A stretch of 64,000 nt of DNA from Eledone cirrhosa (lineage: Eukaryota), in NCBI GenBank assembly GCA_964016885.1, contig OZ024746.1, positions 29,016,001 to 29,080,000 on the forward strand, in the 5' to 3' direction. A program made the position numbers and the translations under genes. The stretch's first letter is position 1. Each line of letters begins with the position of its first letter. The notes beneath the pieces are model-generated. The model ran no database searches and was not told the DNA's origin. It saw only the letters and a list, made by a program, of their open reading frames with translations. Below, piece after piece: positions 57,956-64,000 of this stretch.

Positions 57956-60066
57956 GTGTGCCATGAAAAGCAAGGTCACAATACTAACGCTCTCTGTGTA
58001 TTTTCCCATTATAAATGCCCCAATCGGTAAAATAAAACATATTTTGTATAAAATAAATTACTTTGAGCCTTGCCTATATCATGGTGGAAAGTGTGATTAT
58101 GTTGCATGAAATCATGAAAATGTGGTGAAAGCAAATATGACCATACAATAATTGTTTATTTTATTAATCCATTATATTTAGTAAACCAGTTTTGAATATA
58201 AAGGCGTACAAGGAAGAAACAAGTTCAGTTAAGTTAACTCCAGTCATATTTTTTTCAGAGTTTCTTTTTTGAAATCCGGGACCTTGCGACGATGAGCTTC
58301 GACTACTTGAAGAACAGACTGCTTCTCCTCCTCGTTCTTGGTGATGGCAACAAATTCAGTTATCAAATTGACTGCTCTCTCCGCCAGATCGTTGACTACC
58401 TTGATATTGTGAACAACAGCACAGGCATTTTGATATGACGCTTGTGATGACCAGGTTGCAGGTGACAGCTCAAGCCAAGTATCGTCGAGACCAAGGAGAT
58501 CGAACAGAAGCCTTGATTTCTTCTCACTTAGATGAGGCAGCTTCGTGAACGACTTCAACTCGGAAAATACTGGAGCACCACGGTCGACAGGCCCAGACTT
58601 TTTCGTTTTGACAAGACGTTGGGCTATTTGTTTCTTCTCGGACTCTTCGACCCGACTTGAAAACAGCGCAGCGGAATGGCTTCCTCCGTCCGGTACCAAG
58701 GATGCCTGCTCAGAGCAGTAGTGGCTGCCTGCGAGAGATCTCTGTCAACCTTACTGTACTGTGTCAACTCCACGTAGAATTGAAGGTCATTGGATGGTGT
58801 ATCAGCACACTTGACTACTGTCAGCCAGTATCGCACGTAGAACAGAGCATTGTACATACAGATCCGGCGCAACTTTTCCATTTTAGCTTGATCGTAATTA
58901 AGTCGCTCCCCAAATGCATACATCTTTGCACTATAAATGATTGTGGACATCCACCGAGTGTTATGATGTGGACCAGGCAGCATCCAATGAATTTCACGAG
59001 GAAGGGTGACACCAAGCAAGATCAACATCAACTCGGCACATTCTCGGTAGTCGTCCCGAGGAAGAGAACTCATTTTCCCATCGTTGGAGGAACTTGATGT
59101 TCTCAGAACACAGACCCTTGAGTCTCCAGTCTACAATCTTCAATGTTTTAAAGTTGGTCTTGTCCGTGAGTGACACCCAATCTTTTTTTAACTCCTTGAA
59201 CTCTGGGGTGTCTGGACTGGACATTGCTCCGAATAGTTGTTGCCACACTGCACACAAGATACGCTCCATGACATGGTGCCGACAAGCAAAATAAAACACC
59301 CTTTTGTTGAGCATCTCTTCTAGTTTCACGCAGGCACCATTTTTCCATCCAGAATTCGAAGCAGTTGTGTCGAAGACCAAGCCCACCACAGACCCATCAA
59401 CATTCCAATCTTTAATAAGATCAAATGATGCTTTGGCTTGGGTGGTTCCAATGCCATCAGGAATTATGGGAACACCGAGGAGTTTACCTTCTCTGAAGTC
59501 CGGAGTTCCAGCAACTAGCACACATAGCCTCTCGCGTTACCAGAATTATTTTGCCATCCCAATGCAAGGTTTGACTTAGAACCTTTGTTTTTTTGTAAAT
59601 TTCTGTATTCACTGTACATGTTCATAATTTTCAGTTTCACTTTGTCTTTTCGTTGAGTCGCCACACCAGCTTTTTCCCACTGACTAACTACTTCCATCAC
59701 AAGCCTATCTGCAATAGCACCATTGAAGCTCACATGCTTTTCGTGTTTCATAGGACCATCTTTCAGGTAGAACAAATATCTTAGAACATCCCGCTTTGTT
59801 GGTATTTTGTTTGGTGAAAAGGATGTAACATATTGCCCCAGGAGCCATATTTCTCGATCATCACAACGGAGCGAGTAGCTACAACTAGGCCCACTGGTTT
59901 CCGCCATTATTCTGCCAATTTGTAACTATTAGGCAAGGCTTAAATTAGTCTGAAATAATCAAAATTACATTATAAATTGATAATATACAAAGTGGCATGA
60001 GAAAATGCATAGGGAGCTAAGAAAGAAACACTTTTGTGTAAGATGTGGGATTCTGGAACACCCTTA
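57951..60066 (-). mobile_element. hAT-like (probably hATm-type) DNA transposon with a frameshifted, internally deleted transposase
   Basis: Motifs VFDTTASNSG, ACRHH, RDDYRE, PGPHHNTRWM and VVNDLAER over four ORFs (59515-59907, 58994-59521, 58624-59073, 58244-58699); imperfect TIRs TTAGAGTGTGCCA/TAAGGGTGTTCCA; (TA)n on both sides. Confidence 0.85.
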
Positions 60067-60099
60067 TATATATATATATTTATAAATATATATATATAT

Positions 60100-60277
<178 letters not shown>

Positions 60278-60466
60278 ATATAAACCATTTATGTTAGGAT
60301 GTTTACCAATGGATAGAACTGGTGATTCGGGTTGGTAAACGATGATGCAATAAATTAATTAAATCACTCGACTTGATGCAAATCATCCGTCGTAGATGTG
60401 GTATCCCGTGTGTGTATATATATATATATATGTGTGTGTGTGTGCGAGTGTGTATTCATATGCATT

Positions 60467-60695
60467 CAGGTTAGCTGGACATGCTCACCGACATCCAGAG
60501 TTGACATTGCACTCAGTGCTCCTTTGGGAGCCCCTACATGGACACACTAGAAGAGGAAGACCAAGGTTAACGTATGTTGATGCCCTAAGGACAGACACTG
60601 GTCTGTTGGAGACGCAGGACATGGCAGCGATAATGAGGGACAGAGACCGCTGGAGAGAACTCGTCCATGGATCTCGGGAATTTTACCCGCCTTAG
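60467..60695 (+). mobile_element. 3' fragment of an RTE/RTE-X-like LINE
   Basis: RLAGHAHRHPE...LLWEPLHGHTRRGRPRLTYVDAL...MRDRDRW C-terminus. Confidence 0.85.
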
Positions 60696-62890
60696 ATAGA
60701 TATATATATATTTCTGCATACACACACACGCACATATACATACATATATATATATATAATATAAGGATTTTCTGTCCCACGATTTAGTTTTTTACCACGA
60801 GGCACAATTACAACATAGCTCCATGCTCCTCCTTATCACTTATCTTTTGAAAATCATGAAATTTTTAAAGCGATTAACTTACTGTAAATACATGTTATTA
60901 TACAGATCAAGTTCATTTTCAACTTCATTACTTTATATTCTTGCCCCTCTAGGACAGAAAAAACAAGAATATACAAATTTATGATGGACTCACCCGTCAT
61001 ATATCGTTGTATCAGGGCTCAAGTGTCTTCTCACTTCATTTTTTAGAGATGTATGTGGCCATATACATTTTTATTCTGAGTCACACTGTCTTAATATTAT
61101 CACTAATAAGGAGCAGCTCAAAAAGTACTGAATTTTAGTGAAACTTTATATAAAGCTACAATATGCTAAATTTGGATGGAAGTATAGCTGTATGAGTTCG
61201 ACGTTCAAACTTACTGAATGGAATCTAGAATTCTGAACGCAGCCATGACTGTAATGTTAAGATTTTTTTCTTCTACGCAGCACCTTTGGTCTTAAGAAGA
61301 AGAAGAAGGAGGAGGGAGTAGGTTTGGCTATGAAATTCCGTTAATTAAATGATCATCGTCGCAACCGACGGAGGATCCATCATCATTTGAATAATTATAT
61401 CGCTGCCGGGAGACACTCCATCATCCTATGTCTGGTTTTAAAACAAAATATATATTTAAATAATGTACATGAGTTCCATAATTTTATCGATTGCTCTAAT
61501 TTTATAATGTTTAAGGCAAACAGTTCCGGCATTTGAATATATAATAACTTTAGAGGTAATGAAAACCAGCAAAAATTTTAATGTATAATTTTTTTTGGCA
61601 ACAAAATAAACATACATTTTGTTTTTACTTCTCTTTAAAAAGCATCTTTCTCTTAATTTCCGTTGACAAAATTGCATACGTTGCACATTATTCAAATTTT
61701 TTTCTGTCTGTGTTCAACCATTAATATCACAATTTAAATTCCTGTACTTGTCTTCTATTTCCTGGGGGTATCTTTGTTTGTTCGTATATATATATAAACT
61801 TTAAGTGAATTTATTAACCATTCTATTTAATAGCTTAATATATAATATATTATATATATTTATATATATATATTTAATATATTTTTATAGCCTTTCTTAA
61901 ATAAAAGTGCAGTAAAAAAAATGTATATAGGTCATTTAATATTTTGATTATTTCTGACTCAAATCTGATCACTTAAATAAGCCCATGTTTAGAAATATTT
62001 GTTCTACATTTTATCAAAATACACGCCGAGGTTGACTTTGCCTTTCATCCTTACGGGGTCGATAAAATAAAGTACCAGTAATGCACTGGGTAATTGCTGG
62101 CCTTGTGCCTAAAGTAGAAACAATTATTATGAATAGTAGGCAAAAATATTTTGCTATTAACCCACACAAGATCGCTTCTGATTCTATAAAGCAAAACCAC
62201 CAATTTAAAGGTGTTCCTATTTAATTTAAAATCTTCCAAAGTAATTTGATAAAAAATCGTTTGTTAAAAAATATCGTCATAATAATGAAATAATTATTAT
62301 TTCTATACACTCTTCATTAATTAATTGAGATACAGTCTATTTAACAAGAATTATAGTCATGAAGGTGTTAAAGCATATCCTATCAACTTAAATAATTATT
62401 GGACGAATTAGATTGGATAACGTGGTCATACAAACGGTTGATAGTTGGAAATAAATAAGAATGGACCTCCTTCGGTTTCGACGATGAGTGTTCTCAACAA
62501 CAACAATACCGTCATTCTAAAATACACCGTTCATATTCATTAACAGAGATATGATAGGGAGACCCACATATTCATGGCATCATATTATCCGACTATTAAT
62601 GGCAATTCTCCAGCGTGTTTTGTTATTTGTACCACCATGAAACCTCACCTTGCCAAAACTGCATCCAAATTCTAGGCTGCTTCTTCAGAGCTGAGAAAAT
62701 ACTTCAACCTAGGCTATTTTCCTAGTATTACCAAATTAAGAATAGTTTTACACATTTGGGACACTACCTCTGATACTGTTGGTAGTACTCTTCTTGTTGT
62801 TATTACTGTTGGTGGTGTTGTTGTGGTTGTTGCTGTGGCTGTAGTTGTTACTGTTACTGTTACTGATGTTGCATCTGGTATTATTGCTGC

Positions 62891-63071
62891 GGTGAATTGG
62901 CAGTATCGGTAGAGGGTTGGACGTCATGCTTTCTAGCATAGTTACGTCCCTTTACGGCCTGAGTTCAAATCCCGTCGAGGTTAACTTTGCCTTTCATCCT
63001 TATGGGGTCGATAAAATAAAGTACCAGTAATGTACTGGGTAATTGCTGGCCTTGTGCCAAAAGTAGAAACA
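62891..63071 (+). mobile_element. SINE family A, full length
   Basis: 11-bp duplication attattgctgc at 62880 and 63072. Confidence 0.93.
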
Positions 63072-63099
63072 ATTATTGCTGCTTCTATTGCTTTTCTTG

Positions 63100-63670
63100 T
63101 TGCTCTTTCCTCAGACAAGATGCAATGCTCCAGATTTTGTGGAGGAAAAAACCTGTCTAAGGACAGAAGGACATCAGAGGTCTCGATAGCAACCGGCATT
63201 AAAACGAAGTGGTCTTTCAAATCCTGGTAGTTTGTTATCTTCTACTTCTCTTCATTACGGATGGTGGGGCCCAGATTTGTGACCAAGACAATGAGTTAAA
63301 GTTATTCGTACGCTGGATGTATCAAAGGGAATGAGAAAATAACGTCTACAGAATTTAAAACTGCGACAACCGATGAATCGAACCTTCAGACACACTATGC
63401 ACATTAGCATATTAGAGAGTAGGTGAAGAAAAATTCCCAATGATAAAATTGAGTGGCACTGCTCCTTGGTGTTATTGGGCGAAGGTCGAGGATTTTGGAA
63501 GACATCTACAATCTTGTCACCACAGTTCAAGTCGGTTGATTATGAACGACGCCATAAAAAGAAGATTTGATGTAGCCTGTTTTCTATCACAATCTGAACA
63601 TGTCAGCCTTTTCCCTGGTGACAGTAAACACCCAGACGGAGTAACCCTTTCCCCTATTCCAGGTGGATTA
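63100..63670. mobile_element. Rearranged RLE-type (CRE-like) retrotransposon remnants
   Basis: Plus strand 63480-63665: GRHLQSC...MNDAIKR...DSKHPDGVTLSP (zinc knuckle remnant plus PDG). Minus strand 63150-63256: EEK...YQDLKDHFVLMPVAIETS. Confidence 0.65.
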
Positions 63671-64000
63671 ATCATCAGTATGAGCCCCCACATTCTCTGG
63701 CACGTTCTCAGGTCCCAGCCTTATCAGTTCGGCCACTAATTCTTTGAGAATAAAACTTTTTATAATTCTTTACGACTCTAATAAAATTAATATATTCCTC
63801 GTGGAAAATTGGTTTACTTTCGCATTTTATTTGTCACAGAATTAATTACTTTTATTATTTATTCGTTATTCAGATTTCGGAGTCTTGCTTTGGATTTGCA
63901 TCTTCTTCTTCCGTCAAATTTGATTTCCTTTTATTAGTTGTTTTGTTCTCGTGTTTTCTCCAAGGAAATCTCGTTGGTTGCATCGTTAAGTTTTATCTCT

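Overview
Repeat-saturated, AT-rich eukaryotic DNA, probably intergenic or intronic. The SINE families resemble octopus/cephalopod repeats, but that assignment is from recall and is not verified. No host protein-coding gene can be supported, and most ORF-track entries are translations of (TA)n, (CA)n, (CATA)n and trinucleotide repeats. Supported content: about 15 copies of a young tRNA-derived SINE plus older SINE families; decayed RTE, CR1-like and RLE-type (CRE-like) LINE fragments; a ~610-bp non-autonomous RTE-derived element; and hAT-like DNA transposon remnants with a related MITE. The most interesting signal is a set of short non-coding modules next to microsatellites, mostly (TA)n, that carry minimal type-I hammerhead ribozyme motifs (Penelope-like/retrozyme-like). 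Complete motifs lie at 31387-31469, 48774-48836 and 53140-53205 (mirrored at 52930-52995). Six modules are near-perfect fold-back palindromes with 57-178-bp arms. In all six the inverted arm lies at the 5' end of the ribozyme-sense strand. In five, the apex falls on or at the expected position of the CUGANGA core. In the two families present twice, arm variants co-vary within each copy, suggesting snap-back synthesis at each insertion. A second class of inverted duplications is centred on (TA)n tracts themselves.
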